This document shows, piece after piece, positions 62,758 to 64,000 of a stretch of DNA of 64,000 nt. The first letter of the stretch is position 1, and the number at the start of each line of letters is the position of its first letter. Source of the DNA: Lama glama (Eukaryota); NCBI GenBank assembly GCA_028534125.1, contig CM052816.1, positions 95,606,001 through 95,670,000 on the forward strand, written 5' to 3'. A model generated the notes under the pieces. It saw only the letters and a program-made list of their open reading frames with translations, searched no databases and was not told the origin of the DNA. A program made the translations under genes and the position numbers.

Positions 62758-63430
62758 GTGTGAAAACCAGATAAAGAATGTATCTGGTCCTTGTTCCCAG
62801 CTTCTAGCACAGAACTTCAAAACCCTAGGCATTCTCTGAGTGATGGGAGTGTCTTTTATTAATGAACGCTTTCAAACACACCTGAATTTATGCTAATGAG
62901 GTGACTCAAGATATGGGCCCTTAGATATGAGAGAGGGGCTAGTCACATGGCCAATGACATAATAAGACCCCTATAAAAGTCTAGACACCCAAAGTTGGAA
63001 AAGCATCCTATTTGATCACCAGGTTGATATGCCAGGAAGGTGATGTGTCTGGACTCCACAGAGACAGGGTGTGGGAGCTCTGCGTGTGGGACCCTCCCAG
63101 ACCTGGCCTTGTGCGTCTCTGACATCTGGCTTTTCCTGAGTTATGTCCTTTGTAATAAAAGTTTGATAGTAAGTGCAGCGGTCTCGTGAGTATATGACTT
63201 GTTCTAGTGAATTATTAAAACCAAGGGGGTCACGAGGGACTTCTGAACTTAAAGCCATTGGGCAGGAGTGGAGGTGGCCTTCAAGATTTGTGGCTGGGAT
63301 ATGAAGTTGGGATGGTCTTGTGGAGGACTTTGTCCTTAACCTGTGGGCTCCACGCCAACTCTGAGGAGTTAGTGTCAGAACTGAGTGGAATCGCAGGACA
63401 CCCAGTGGATATCAGAGAACTGGTGTCAGG
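62758..63430 (+). mobile_element. MER21C-like solo LTR
   Basis: acacctgaatttatgctaatgaggtgactca, cctataaaag TATA, gggaccctcccagacctggcc, aataaa, ggagttagtgtcagaactgag. Confidence 0.8.
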
Positions 63431-64000
63431 ACAATGAGGGAGGAGGCTCTGGGCACTGACCCCAGCAGAGTGCCCATCCTTTCAGACCAGGACAACTGCC
63501 TTGGGGAAGCAATTGGGCACAGATGTTGGTGGACCCCTGAAAAGGGGGCCCCAGGGCCCTACCTTCCCACAAGTGCCACTGAAGGCAGAACTTCTGACGG
63601 TTTTGTGGTATGAGAGCAGAGAAGCCCTGTGCCCCCAGAAAGCAAGGTCCCAGAGGGGAATCAACTGTCCTTGGGACCCTGCTGAAATTCCGTGGGTTTT
63701 AGCTTAGGCGGCAGCAGCTGACTGCGCTTGAGCCGCACAGGGGCGCAGAGGCAGCAGGAAAAGAGGCGGCGAGTCAGCGAGGGGGCTGGTCAGGTCAGGA
63801 GGGGCGGGTGAGCTGCAGGGAATGAACATGTTAACAGGTGCTGGGTGCCATTCCTCTGACCGCATCAGGCAAACGATCTCAGTTGGGGCCTATTCTGCCT
63901 TTCACATCCCTTTCTGCAACTTAGTGTCCACCTGCTGCCGGAGGGGCACTGTGTCACGTGCATAGAACCGAGTGGTACTGGAGGGTAGGCCCGGGACATG

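Noticed and set aside
1..64000. A novel multi-gene system, CRISPR array or prokaryote-like operon
   Set aside because: The sequence is repeat-rich mammalian non-coding DNA, with no regular repeat-spacer array and no long ORFs

Overview
Mammalian non-coding genomic DNA, most likely camelid (alpaca/llama/camel). The taxon call rests on a tRNA-Ala-derived vic-1-type SINE and artiodactyl-type L1 3' ends, with no Alu, Bov-A/BovB or PRE-1 seen. I found no recognisable host protein-coding exon, RNA gene or processed pseudogene; the only ORFs with recognisable homology are C-terminal fragments of LINE-1 ORF2. A large share of the window is interspersed repeat: L1s of several ages (several with visible target-site duplications), L2, MIR, MaLR/ERVL/ERV1 solo LTRs, and hAT and TcMar DNA-transposon fossils. 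Several of these are nested. There are two assembly gaps (100 N and 500 N). Family names are recalled from consensus sequences and were not checked by search; boundaries without a stated TSD or terminus are approximate. I do not see a novel biological system. The most notable unexplained signals are: an old ~51-bp duplication carrying a STAT/GAS motif in both copies; a degenerate triplicated motif carrying forkhead sites; a stress-response motif cluster next to a well-formed candidate exon; and several repeat-free, motif-dense blocks that look like enhancers.
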